Shown here one piece after another: positions 51,958 through 64,000 of a stretch of DNA of 64,000 bases (positions within the stretch are counted from its first letter, which is position 1; each line of letters begins with the position of its first letter). The notes below the pieces were generated by a model. The model ran no database searches. It saw only the letters and a list, made by a program, of their open reading frames with translations, and was not told where the DNA came from. The translations under genes were made by a program, and so were the position numbers. The DNA lies in NCBI RefSeq assembly GCF_963506605.1, contig NC_083277.1:102176001-102240000 (forward strand), read 5' to 3'. This DNA comes from Zootoca vivipara (lineage: Eukaryota).

Positions 51958-53723
51958 CTTGCAGGACTACATCGGGCAAGAAGTCTCTGGGGAGAACCAC
52001 AACGGAGGAAGGGAGGAGAGGGACACATATTACGTGCAGTGACAGCCCATACTGCTTGCCAGAGGCGATAAGAAGGCAGCCCGTTGGTAATTATAGCTCA
52101 AGAAGCCTGAGTCGCAGCTGCCTCTGTAGGTCTGGCCCATGCTTGACCCCATTCCAGAATGCTGGCTTGAAGGCCCAGGAAGGGTTAGCAAGGCATCACA
52201 CCAGTGTCTATTTTCATTTTGCTAGAAAAAGATACCAAGGAACACGCAGATATAAAAATAGCTGCAAGGTGGCATGAAAGCTGAAAAGGTAGCTCTTGAA
52301 GAGCAATGCAAACGGGTGCCAGCATCTTGAGGGCAGTGCTACTCTTGCTGGTGACGGGCACACTTTTCTAATTAGGAAAGGGGGGAAAGAACACTGGGCC
52401 CTTCTCTCCGGTACTTGTGGGGAGGAAGAATGGAAGTGAGAAGGCTTTTGAAAGCAGCAAGAGTGGTCTGTAAGCTACTAAAGTCAAGGCTGGAGAGAGG
52501 AGGGAAGAAGTGGGGGGAGCGGGAAATGGGTACCCCACAAAACTGCCCAGTGGCTTCATCCGCACTGCAGAGAGAAGTGCATTCTGGTATAGCAGAATGC
52601 AGGTGGGCTAAGATTTGGTCTCTAGGAATATTGCCTTTCCTCTCCCCCCCCCTTTTTTAAAGTGCTCCCTCTTAGCTATCATACCTGCACAAATGCACAC
52701 TGTATTTTGGCAAAGTGGGAAACTGAGGCAACTGGTCCTGCTGCTACTACCACGTTCTGCTTGGCCAGGCTCTCTGCCTCCTCCTTTTCCTTCCTCCCTA
52801 ATTCCCCATCCTCAGAAGGACCGAGAAATTGTGGGCAGGGTGTGTAGCTGCTGCCGCTAAATGATTTTTAAATTTAGGCAGCATTTTTAGTCGCTGCAGC
52901 AAACTACAGGCACGTTCCCAGCCCACCCAGAAAGCTTTGCTCTGCTAGTCCGATGCAGAGAAGCACCAGCCTGGAAAGATAAACAGAGAGTCTGGGGACT
53001 CAACCAACTGCAGGGGCTCTTCACCCCCTTCAAAATCTTCTTGGATCTCCTGGTGTTCCTAAGCAAACCTAGGGGATACAACAGCCACCACTTGCACGCT
53101 AGAAGATCTGAGTGGATTTCAGTTGGCTGGCTGTTCTGTTCACCCAGGCAGATTCCACTCAGATGTCACGCAGTACCACAGCAGACCACAAAACCCCCCA
53201 CCCGCCAAGACATTTCTGCTCATTTGGCTCATTTGCCACCTGCAGGCCTAAATTCTCATTCTCTGTGTGGGTGTCTATCTTTACAAAACTAGGGCTGCCA
53301 TATGGCCAGATTTTCCCAGACACGCCTGGGAATCTGGCAGCATTTTGGCATCCAGGCGGATTTTCCCAAAATCAGCAAAATGTCTGGGGAAACCTGGACG
53401 TATGGCCGGGGGGGGTGTACTTTTATTTTTTAATCCCCCCCCCAAAATTGAAAAAAGCCCCCCAACTGTTTTTTTGGGGGGGGGATGTTCCCCAAAAAAG
53501 CTGAACAGATTTTCAGTTTTGGGAACCCGAACGAAACAGAATGATTAAAAATAATCTATTCAGCTTGGGGGGTGGGTTTCGTTTTTGGTGGAGTGAAGGG
53601 GGATGGATAACTGTCTTAGAGATGCAGCTAAATATTTGATTTGGTTCTGGGGGAAGGTAACTGGTTTTATTCAGAAATGCGTCAGAAGGGGAGAGGGAAC
53701 ATCCCACCTAACAAGCAACATAC

Positions 53724-53814
53724 CTGTGAGATAAAATGCCTTGTACTGGTCCACCCGAAGAGCTTGTATTTCTCCATATTTTCCTGCTGCCCCACTGTTG
53801 GGATGGAACAACGT
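53724..53814 (-). CDS. ARSG: ARSG penultimate coding exon ([30 protein letters not shown])
   Basis: ccctag| acceptor, |gtatgt donor, 91 nt; [15 protein letters not shown] motif; phase matches the last exon. No further ARSG exon was recognised up to 64000. Confidence 0.95.
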
Positions 53815-54197
53815 CTAGGGGAAAGAAAGCGCCAGACGCTTAGAAAGTTGTCCCATTTTAATGGACTACTGAATGGTTTAGTTTATATAAAAATATGCAG
53901 GGATTTATGCTATGCAAAATGAACCATGGAAAGAGAAGAAGGGAAGTCATTGGTATTTTAAGGTTGTACCTGTATAAATGAATATTCTAAATTGTAGAAC
54001 AGAAAATTTAATAAAAATTATAAAAAAGACAGCTCTTTTAACTTCGTAAAGCTTAGGAAATGCATGAATTCAACAGCATGAAAAAAGACACATTTGTTCC
54101 TCAAAATAGCAGCTATGCATATAGCACACTTCTGTATTTCCTGATAACACTGAGGATGAAACTGTGTGTGCTGTTTAAATGCGTATTTGCATTTAAC

Positions 54198-54249
<52 letters not shown>

Positions 54250-55263
54250 AGCATCTGCTGAGCAAGTGGGCCTAACTGAAAATGTGCTTTGAAAGAGGGA
54301 TAGTTGTGTTTAGTCTACACTCTGGTAATCAGGTTTCGTAGTGCATTGTGTTTCAAACCTGCGAGCTAGAGCAGTAGTGAGACAATGGGAAGCCATGCTT
54401 CTGTCAAATATATCCAGCTCTCCTAAGTTGTTTTCCTGTACTCTCAGAGAAGGCGCACACACCACACAGGAATTAGTTCTGGGTGGCTGTGTCTAAGGAT
54501 TAAATATTACCGGTACTGTTGGTCTCAGTGTCAGTGCAAACCTTGAAGTGCCACTTACGGAAATCAGGCAGGTTTACTCTGACTGTCATTCTGGGCTACT
54601 GAAATGAAACTCCCCCCCCCCCCAAGTCTCTCTTGATGAAAGCCGACCAAGCAGGATCCGGTATTTAGTGTCTATCTTATTGGAGTGACAGCTTTGTAAT
54701 GCTCAATACAAGCACGAGTCAATACAAGACAGCCATGAATTTGTCTCTGCAGAATACAAATCCTTGATTCTCAATGACTTAATGAACAACAACAAAAAAG
54801 GGGGGGTCTCCTTTTCCCTTTCGCAGAGGTGTGACCCAAGTCATTCATACATTTCTCCTCCCATGCGAAAACCGGTTTGGTGACTACACTTAACTCAAGT
54901 TTCTCTTTTGATCCCTCCTGGGCACTTAATCCCCCTGGGTCTCAATTTCCCACATGTACAATGACCGTAACAGCATTCCTAGTGCTCCACAAGACTTTAG
55001 TATGGAAAATAAATACATTCACATGGCCGTTTCATACACTAATGAATGGGAGCCATGTGCTACATTCAAAGCATTGGGGGGGGGGATCTTGGGCAATAAG
55101 TAAGAACTGCAGGAACAAATTTATCCACATGACTTAAGTCCATGGTTCTCCTTACCCAACACAGGTTGGGAATAAGTTTGCAATTATGTGGGTTTTTTTT
55201 TTTGTCATGTTGCAAGCCCCCTTTAGCATGGTTTGAACAATGGAAAGGCAGCATACAATAAAA

Positions 55264-55310
55264 GTATGTATGTATGTATGTATGTATGTATGTATGTATG
55301 TATGTATGTA
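55264..55310. repeat. (GTAT)n microsatellite
   Basis: Directly visible. Other SSRs: (TG)n at ~51910, ~54199, ~61374; (AAT)n at ~60675; (GA)n at ~25400. Confidence 0.95.
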
Positions 55311-56199
55311 TTGCTACACGACACCCCTGTCTCCAGGCGGCATGAGATTCCCACGCTACCAAGCATCCTTGTGTTTCACTTTGGACAATTTGGCACAGCA
55401 GAGACTGTGGTGTCTTTAGGATCTATGGTTTGCACAACCTGAAGCCTCCTATGGAGGAAGCTCACATCAATATTCCAAGAGGTTTCTGTCCCTTTCCTAC
55501 GCACAGCACTGCTTGCAAGAACAGACATCAGCATCTCTCTCTAGCACAGTTGCTTAGTCCCAGCCAGCCTCCTTCCCATGGACATCCTAAAACTCTAAAC
55601 TGCAACCCACGTTGCTTCTTAATGCCAAAGTGCTATTCTAAACTCTGCCCTCAAAGCACTGGGATCGCCAGGCGAAGGAAGGAGGAAACCCTCACCTTTG
55701 CAAATGAGAGGTGCCCTTTCACCCCTTTGTTGTTGCCTAAATAGCTCATCCTAACACCTCTCAAGGAAATTATTTGAGTTCATCAGCTTTTACACTTGTC
55801 TTAATTAGAGGATAAACAAAGTCTGGCAGAGGCTTAAATAAACACTACACTGGCTTGAATACACATGTGAGTCTAGCTCAGGGTGGTTCAACACACAGCC
55901 TGGGGGTTGCAGATGCTTGAAGCCCCCACAACAGCCCTGGAGCTAGGCAAGTGAGGTGCTGGGCTTTGGGAAAGGGGTGTGAGGGCTGGGGGCCATCAAA
56001 TTGTAGCCTCAAACTCCCTGCCCCCCCCATGCAACAAGGCAGTGTGTGGCCCACAGGTTCAGTGTCAAAGTAGCCTTGTGGCAGAGTTATGAAAATTTGG
56101 ACCACCCTGATTTCCCGGTTCTAACACCCAAGCCTTAATTAAATTCTGGCACTAATTTGATCTGGAAAAACAGCACTGCTGGTGCATATGGTTGTAGAA

Positions 56200-56303
56200 T
56201 AAGGTTACCAGATTTTTTTCCAATGAATCCAGGGACACTTTTCAACTTCAATGGATTTTGTATGGGGACTGATTTGTAAATCTGGGGACGTCTGGTAACC
56301 TTA
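56200..56303. mobile_element. Short hAT MITE
   Basis: TAAGGTTACCAGA...TCTGGTAACCTTA TIRs; TSD TTGTAGAA/GTGTAGAA. Confidence 0.8.
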
Positions 56304-56788
56304 GTGTAGAAGCTCTGTTAACATCTGTTAACGGGGGAAGAGTGCCATTTTGAATGAGGGATGTGGTTAACGCTTTACACTGCACCTCCTAATTTGTCCT
56401 GTCTGTGTCCTGCGGTACCACGAGGATGACAACAAGACAAGCTATCCCCTCCTGCCGCAACGCCGTTCTGTCTAGTGGCTCCAACATCAGAGAGCCTAGG
56501 CTGGGTCAGCTGCTGAAGCAGAGGGGCTTGCACAATGGCTGTGCCTGTGAAGCATAAACTGGCTTTCTGCTCAGTTTCCTGGAACAGCAGCGCAGCTCTC
56601 CTCTGCTGACTCAGTGTGGCACATTCAGCTTCCTCTCTGGAGCTGGGATTCCCACATTACAGCAACAAGGGATGGGAGCAGAGAGTCAGCAGCTCATGTA
56701 AGAAGTCCAAGCTTCTCAGTTTCCTGGCCACACACAAGAGATACTCCTCTTCAGGTAAAAGGAAAATATAAAGGCTCACTGTCAAATG

Positions 56789-57012
56789 CAGTGGTACCTG
56801 AGGTTACAGACGCTTCAGGTTACAGACTCCACTAACCCAGAAATAGTACCTCGGGTTAAGAACTTTGCTTCAGGATGAGAACAGAAATCATGAGGTGGCG
56901 GCATGGCGGCAGTGGGAGGCCCCATTAGCTAAAGTGGTACCTCAGGTTAAGAACAGTTTCAGGTTAAGAACGGACCTCCAGTGAATTAAGTTCTTAACCT
57001 GAGGTACCACTG
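56789..57012. mobile_element. Tigger-like Tc1/mariner MITE
   Basis: CAGTGGTACCT ... AGGTACCACTG|TA with internal ggttaagaac repeats; a truncated left end of a related type is at ~29252. Confidence 0.8.
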
Positions 57013-58187
57013 TATCCATTTGGAACAGCAATCTCACCACAAGGGGAAGGTAAAAAGGACATTTGCCATTAATTCTTGTTCTATAGGCTTCTCAGAGGGT
57101 ACTGTGATTTATTCATCTTTGGGATGCATCAGAGCACTGCCACTCCCTGCCATGGGTGCCCAACATCGTCAAGACCCCCCCCCCAAGATACCTTGTACTA
57201 CTTTTGCGCCAAGGTGGTCTGGTGTGCTGGGGCAGTGTTGTGGAGCCACTCTCCTGGCCCTGCTTACCAAGGGAGGGGTGGGGCAGGGTAGGAGCAAGGT
57301 TGGGGTGCGTGGGCAGCCATGTGGCACTCCCAAGTGTGCCTGCACAGCCCCACCCTCACCACTGCCCTGTCCTCATAAGTGGCAGCGATGTCAGAGTTCT
57401 AGGAGAGCAGCAAAGCCCCACCATGTCAGCTGCATGGAGCGTGCTGCCCCAGAGTGGGGAAGGGAGCACGCCCTGACTCTTCTTCCCGGACACTCAGCCT
57501 GAGGTGCCCTCCAAAATCTGGCACCCTGGTGCCCCGCCCCGCGCCACTAATGCCTATGGTTAAGACGCCCCTGCCCCTCAGAGTCAATTGTGGGGGGAGG
57601 CCTGCCCCATTGCAACGGCAGATGTCCTTCTGCAGGCTGCTCTCTTATTAGGTGAGTCCCACTCAATTTCACACAACACACACTCCTGCTTAAATCTGCA
57701 TCCAGTAGGCTCTCAGCACCGGTTTGGGAAGCGGTGTGCACACGCTGGCCACAATCCATACTTTCCCTATCCTGACGTTTCTTACAAAATACGATGTTTT
57801 CTCCCAAACTAGCTTCAATCCAAATATAGAAAAGGGATGACCTAGCTGTGTTTCAAGCAGGTAATGTGTACACAGCCTTCCTGGAACTGCTGTGTGCTGT
57901 GCCGTATTTCCTTTGTTTCATCATGCCTGCTACCCGCTCAGAGCAGCTTTTCACAATGCAATGCGTTTGTTGCCCAACAGCTGTCATTACTCATTCCTTA
58001 CCCAGCTTTAATTGGCCACGGAACTGGAGGCAGGAAATTGTTACCAAGGTGTGTTGGTTTAGGGTTTAGAGAAAAGAGCTGGGAGTTCTGGCTTTCTCTT
58101 TTTGTGCTCATCCAGCTGCAGGCATGCTCAGGGCTTGGCTGGTGTTGCAGCACCAAGTCAGAAGTAGCCTAGATTTGGGGATAGGCT

Positions 58188-58680
58188 CAGGGCCGTCTTA
58201 AGTGTATCGGGCGCCGTGGCACGATGATCCCTCCGGCGCCCCTCACGCTCCACCAGGCAAGGCAAGGCGCAGCCGGCAGCCAGAGAGCGCGGTGCAACAG
58301 GCAGAGACGCTGCCAGCTGTGGTCCGCCTCCGCCTGCTCGGCCGAAGCGGCAGAGTAGCGCTGCAGTCCAGGGAGCTCTAGCTGCTGCCCCGACAGGTTT
58401 GCTCTGTGGCACCTCATGTGCATGCCTGGCCACACTCCTTCAAGTCACAGCGAGCACAGACAACACTGCGCTGCCTGTGCTCACTGTGACTTGAAGGAGT
58501 GTGGGTGGAAGGTAGCCCAGTTCCGCTGCCGCCGTCTCGCTTCACCCACCGCTGCCGGAAAAGGAGTGAAGCGGGCGAGGCAGAGGTGCGGGCGGCTCAG
58601 TGTGTCTCCTTGATGTGCCCCCTTCTGGGCGGGCGCCCTTGTGCACCGCACCAGTCAGCCCAATGGGAAGGACGGCCCTG
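58188..58680. mobile_element. GC-rich hAT non-autonomous element
   Basis: CAGGGCCGTC...GACGGCCCTG TIRs; perfect 8-bp TSD GATAGGCT. Confidence 0.9.
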
Positions 58681-59639
58681 GATAGGCTCCACCTTGGATT
58701 CTTTGAAATGGCCTCTGATCTAAACAGGTAAGCAAGTCTCGCACGCTGCTCGGGGCCGTCAACCAAGCTGAGGGATAAAGAAAGGCAGCCGCCTTCATCA
58801 CACCATATTTTGCTATTCTAAAATGTTATTTGTCACAGAGAAGAGGTAACTATACTTAACAAGAGGTCTTTCTAAGAACATCGTTTTGCATGCATGCTTT
58901 TAAGAAGACTGCCTTGGCTGCCAGCAACTGACTTCCCCCCCAAAGGGTTCTGTGCCTGGATAAGCAAATAGATAGGCTGAACTTAAGAACATTCCTTCCC
59001 CCAAGCTGGTCTTTGGGGCATCCAGAGTTATTTAATTCTCTATGGGTAGCAGTTTTGAAGGAAGCACCCTTCCGACATGACAGGAGGTTCTTAGGCTATT
59101 TTAAACATCTGAAACATGTCAAGGGAAAGGGTAACAAGAAACACAGCTAGATTTGGTTTTGCTAAATACATGACTGCATCTAATACTGTACAGAAGGGAG
59201 AAAATCACAATTATCTCCCCACCCTCCCTGCCCAGCCATGTAGAGGTACAGCTAAACTCAAATCATCCATCAGTGGGAGACTCCCTTGCGAGAAACTGTC
59301 AGCTCTCCTAAATTGTTCTGGAATTAACCGATATTTTATTGGTCTTCGGATTTGAAGGTTTGGGTTTTTTTTATCATAGCAGTCCTCTACAGCTTCAGAG
59401 AACTGCTTGTTTTTCAGGTCTGCTGTGAAACTGCTGCTCCAAATCTCCAGCTGGCACATGTAGCTAAAAAACAAATGCCTCCTTGTAACTGTGGGAAGTT
59501 AGGAAAAGTGCCCTGGAATTTGGAGACACCGAAGCTAAAGAGCAGGTTTTTCTGCTCAGCACAGAATCTAAGTGGAAAGCTTCCTTCGTTTCATCAGGTC
59601 GTCCACTGGCTTCTCTCTTCTTAGCCAGAGACCTGATGG

Positions 59640-59726
59640 TAAAAAAAATCCTTCCAGTAGCACCTTAGAGACCAACTAAGTTTGTCATAGGTATGAGCTT
59701 TCGTGTGCATGCACACTTCTTCAGAT
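59640..59726 (-). mobile_element. Short Penelope-like retroelement terminal (pLTR) fragment
   Basis: Minus strand: ATCTGAAGAAGTGTGCATGCACACGAAAGCTCATACC...TTAGTTGGTCTCTAAGGTGCTACTGGAAGGATTTTTTTT; flanked by 14-bp direct repeat CAGAGACCTGATGG (59626-59639, 59727-59740). Confidence 0.85.
59691..59726 (-). ncRNA. Minimal type-I hammerhead ribozyme motif
   Basis: CUGAAGA-A-[GUGUG CAUG CACAC]-GAAA-GCUC-AUAC: conserved core, 5-bp stem II, palindromic AGCU helix III, CUC cleavage triplet. Confidence 0.75.
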
Positions 59727-60674
59727 CAGAGACCTGATGGGTACAAGATGCTCAATATTTCGTACTGGGTGTGGGGTCTGTGCATGTGTTACTCTCAATG
59801 AGCATCAAGGGATATCAAACATCATAACCATCTTCAACAACATGTCTTTCTGTAGCCTCCTCGCATAGCAACAAAAAGCTACTGAAGCACTAGATAGGAA
59901 GAGGAATGGATATTAGACCCCTGTCTGAGCAGCCCCAGGGCAACTGCGGCAGCCCCAGGAAGATGAAGAATACCATCTTTCCCCAGTTGCTCAAAAGGCT
60001 TCATATCCATGTTGTTAAGGAGGATACATACCGTACTTTTCTGTGTATAAGACTAGGGGGTTTTTTATTACAAAATAATGTTTAAAATTGGGGGTCGTCG
60101 TATACACAGTTATATCCTCCCCCATTTTCTTAACTTGGAGTCCCCCAAAATTGGGGGCGTCTTATACACAGAGGCATCTTATACACAGAAAAATACGGTA
60201 CATGCAACAACGAAAGAGAAGTCATTATGAGTTTTTACCATAGACGTCCAGTTCAGATGTAGCAGGAAACCACTGAGTTTGGTATACGACTATAATAATG
60301 GGTGGTTATATCATTTTTGCCACTGAAGTGTTCACTCTTGAACCTCTGCCATCTCATTCTATCCCTGGAGGCTGGAATATCTGAATTTGTTGGGTTAAAA
60401 CAAAAACAGACCAATGCTTTCAAAAACAGACCAATGTCTCTCAAGTGGTCATTGACTGCCCAAATGTGAAACCATTGTAATGAATAATGTCCCCAAAGTG
60501 GACACACTGCCCTTGGGATAATTATCCAGAATTTATGCCTAGCTGAAAATATTCTTGGGGGCCAAACACTGATATTATAATCCAAGTGAAAGTAAATCTG
60601 AAAAGCTCCAATGAACAGCCGAGTATGAACATGTCAATGCAGTGAAGGGATGTTCTGCCATTTTGATGTAAGGC

Positions 60675-60723
<49 letters not shown>

Positions 60724-61371
60724 TAATCTGAAAAATAAAGGCAAGCATTTTCTCTCAGATATTCATATTGTCCAAGCAGCTTCAATATCTAGTGTTTACA
60801 TGGCCTATTTACTTCCCTCTCCTGCTCTGGCTGATGCCATTGTGGTCTCCAGCCCTGGGAAGGAACCCTCCAGAAATCTTTTCAAGTAGAAATACTTGGA
60901 ACAAATTCTGACAGATGCTTACATTCATAGGGGCCTGGAACTAGGCTCCCTCCACTTGTGCTAATCACCTCCTGGAAATGTTGTTGCCAAGAGCCTTTTA
61001 GGATTCAGATCTAGGAATGCAAATTTGTCCCGGGCCTTTTAACAGGCCACAACTTGTCTGGAAAATAAGAGTTCTGGGGAAGGGAAGGGATAGGAGGGCA
61101 AAGGTGGAATTTAAAATAAAATCAATGCAGCTTTTAATAGTGTCTGTTTTTTAAAAAAATGTATATTTTATCCTGCAATGAAAAAGTAATAAATAATCTA
61201 ATTTCCAAGAAAGGCTCCAAGTCAGATGTTGTTCCTCAAGGAAAGGAGGTTCACTGAAATAAAACATCTTATTTTTCATCTAAGTTGTCTTCTTTTCCTA
61301 AAAACCTTAACTCCTCTTCTGTACTCCAACCATCTCTGCCACTCCAACCATCTCTGACAAGGCCTTCCACC

Positions 61372-61414
<43 letters not shown>

Positions 61415-61440
61415 TGATATCTCGAGATATCGAGATATTT

Positions 61441-61640
61441 GTTGTTGTTGTTGTTTAGTCGTTTAATCATGTCCGACTCTTTGTGACCCCATGGACCAGA
61501 GCACGCCAGACACTCCTGTCTTCCACTGCCTCCCGCAGTTTGGTCAGACTCATGTTCGTAGCTGCAAGAACACTGTCCAACCATCTCATCCTCTGTCGTC
61601 CCCTTCTCCTTGTGCCCTCCATCTTTCCCAACTTCAGGGT
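61441..61640 (-). mobile_element. Bov-B (RTE LINE) 3' end
   Basis: Translates to LKLGKMEGTRRRGRQRMRWLDSV...MSLTKLREAVEDRSVWRALVHGVTKSRT*LND*; (CAA)n tail; TSD GATATTT. Confidence 0.92.
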
Positions 61641-61988
61641 GATATTTAGCTGGTGATATATCGCGATATTGAAAAAAATCAGATATCACCCAGCCCTAGC
61701 AGCAACAAGTCTCACTGTGTTTTGTGAGGCTTGTTCCTTAGCAAATGTGTTTAGGAGAGAAGCCTTAGAAGAGGAGAATCTCTTGTGTGTCACAGGGTAT
61801 CCTGCATCATCAAGTGGAGAGTTGCCATTGCCAGCTCTCAAATGCAATACAGAAAGGGTGCGCATACCGGTATGCCCACTTCACTAAGTGACCAGCCTGA
61901 TGAAACACCACAACATGCCACCATCTCTACGGAACGGGTGCATCAAGAGAGTGCTACCGAAAAGAACGAGATGGACAGGAATAAATAA

Positions 61989-62125
61989 CAGGCTTCCTCA
62001 ACCTCGGTCCTCCGGATGTTTTGAGACTACAATTCCCATCACCCCAGACCACTGGTCCTGCTAGCTAGGGATCATGAGAGTTGTAGGCCAAAAACACCTG
62101 GAGGGATCGAGGTTGAGGAAGCCTG
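61989..62125. mobile_element. Palindromic hAT MITE variant
   Basis: CAGGCTTCCTCAACCTCG...CGAGGTTGAGGAAGCCTG; ATAAATAA near both ends. Confidence 0.85.
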
Positions 62126-62783
62126 AGATAAAATAACAGGTGTTTTGCCTGTGTTGGGGGACTGGATTATAGAGGACCTTCAACTCTAATCATTGCATGG
62201 AATGGCAGCTTCAGTTGCATATGGAGGAATTCAGTGTTGCGCTCTTCCAATTGTTCCATCAGCTTGCCCGAGTGAATGCTCCTCTCTCCGTGCAAGGTTC
62301 TGGGGGGTTCACCAGAGCTCCCAGAGCCCATTTGGTGGGGGACGTGGGGTCATGAGAAGGCGGGTGTGTGTCATTGGAAATCTCAATGGGACTTAATCAA
62401 TCACTTCCTTTTGAGGACACATGCAGAGGATTGAACTACAACATGACTGGTTTCAATAAATAGGTCACATTTTCAAATAATCATAGCATCTATGGCAAAC
62501 AAAAGAGATCACTGATTGTGCAATGGACCAGGGTAGTAGCAATAATAGCACACCAGATGTATGAATAGCACATGCTGATTGCCTGCATAAACAGAATAAA
62601 ACCAGCAAGGTTGATACAGAATGATCTGGCCAATTGTGCACATGTGGCTCGACACGTATTGGTGCTTTTGAAGTAAACATCAGCCAGCTTAATTCTAACC
62701 AAGGAACTCAATCATGTTGCACAAATCACGCAGAGATCTCATTACCAGCATGCATCATCTGCAAGGCTTGAGAGGTAAAAAAC

Positions 62784-63156
62784 GTAAAAGGTAAAGGACC
62801 CCTGGACGGTTAAGTCCAGTCAAAGGTGACTATGGGGCCATGGCGCACAATCTTGCTTTCAGGTTGAAGGAGCCGCCGTTTATCCACAGACAGCTTTCTG
62901 GGTCATGTGGCCAGCATGACTAAACTGCTTCTGGTGCAACGGGACACTGTGACAAAAACCAGAATGCACGGAAACGCCATTTACCTTCCCACTGCAGCGG
63001 TACCTATTTATCTACTTGCCCTGGTGTGCTTTCAAACTGCTAGGTTGGCAGAAGCTGGGACAGAGCAACGGGAGCTCACTCCGTTGCAGGGATTTGAACC
63101 ACCGACCTTCTGATCAGCAAGCACAAGAGGCTCAGCGGTTTAGACACAGCACCACC
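62784..63156 (-). mobile_element. Sauria SINE, near full length
   Basis: aaaggtaaagg tail, SINE body and tRNA head in reverse. Confidence 0.88.
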
Positions 63157-63485
63157 AATTAGGGCAACCAACATGTTCTGCAAGCCACGTTGAAAGTAGA
63201 AAAACAATCGTCTCTACTGCAAATGAATGAGTGGATTTTCCCTGTCTCGTGTGTGACAGAAATGGGAAGGGGAAACTGACAAAGGCACTGATGTTAAGTA
63301 TCAAGAGAAAATGAAATTTCAACAGTGGAGTCTGTCGACTTAGCGAAAATGGCGCCCTTCAGATGTTCTTGGACTCTTGCCCCAGCCAATATGGCCAATG
63401 CTGAGGGATGGTGGGATTGTAGTTAGGCAATAGGTATGTGGATGATACACCCTGGAGTAGAGGGACACAAAAGTTCACACTAGAC

Positions 63486-63621
63486 CAGGCACCCCCAAAC
63501 TTCAGCCCTCCAGATGTTTTGGCCTACAACTCCCATGATCCCTAGCTAACAGGACCAGTGGTCAGGGCTGATGGGGATTGTAGTCCAAAACATCTGGAGG
63601 GCCGAAGTTTGGGGATGCCTG
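63486..63621. mobile_element. Palindromic hAT MITE (family of 7148)
   Basis: TIRs CAGGCA..CCCAAACTTC / GAAGTTTGGGGATGCCTG; TSD CACTAGAC. Confidence 0.92.
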
Positions 63622-64000
63622 CACTAGACTGTAATCAGCAAGTGATTTACAGCACTATCCTATGCATATCTTCTCAGAAGTAAGTCCCGTTGAATTCAAG
63701 GGGATTTACTGTAATTGCCACTATCATTTGCACCAATAGACACAGTGTGGCCATTGGAGGTGTGGCTGGCATTGGCACTGCAATGCTTTGGGCATCAAGT
63801 TATGCTAATAAAAGGTTAAAATGGCTAAATGTTTTAAAAAATATGCTTTTTTAAAAAAATACTCAAGCATAATATTATAATCGTTATGCTGTCAGTCTGC
63901 TCTGGTTTTTCAAACTGGTCCAAACCTTTTTTTTTTTTTTACAATGTGGTTGTATTTTATCTTGATATGATTGGTTTAGTCGTGCCCACTGGTATCCATA

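Noticed and set aside
53815-64000. Further upstream ARSG exons
   Set aside because: No DIFPT/RFDG-like exon found by eye; probably beyond the window.
1-64000. CRISPR arrays, operons or prokaryotic systems
   Set aside because: The sequence is intron-rich vertebrate DNA with no repeat-spacer arrays.

Overview
This is vertebrate genomic DNA from a squamate reptile. The Sauria/Squam SINEs, Bov-B, CR1 and hAT/Tc-mariner MITEs are most consistent with a lacertid lizard (inference). The window holds the complete 13-exon coding structure of WIPI1, an autophagy PROPPIN/Atg18 homologue, on the + strand. It runs from ATG 2785 to stop 46898, gives 1332 nt spliced (443 aa), has all GT-AG introns and an FRRG motif in exon 7, and sits behind a CpG-island promoter. 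The last two coding exons of ARSG (arylsulfatase G) lie on the - strand, convergent with WIPI1, as in mammals. Almost all ORFs in the supplied track are spurious. Notable accessory signals are: (i) an 87-bp Penelope-type insertion with a 14-bp TSD, in an ARSG intron and sense to ARSG, carrying a minimal type-I hammerhead ribozyme core; (ii) a decayed Cys-rich CXC transposon gene tail, probably Academ, plus a ~650-bp purine-rich minisatellite just upstream of the WIPI1 promoter; (iii) a hAT-Charlie deletion derivative with a perfect internal 39-bp inverted repeat; (iv) tandem +4 splice donors and an alternative read-through C-terminus in WIPI1; (v) inverted SINE pairs around WIPI1 exon 4; (vi) many MITEs with intact 8-bp nnnTAnnn or TA target-site duplications. 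Family assignments come from recalled consensus sequences, not database searches.
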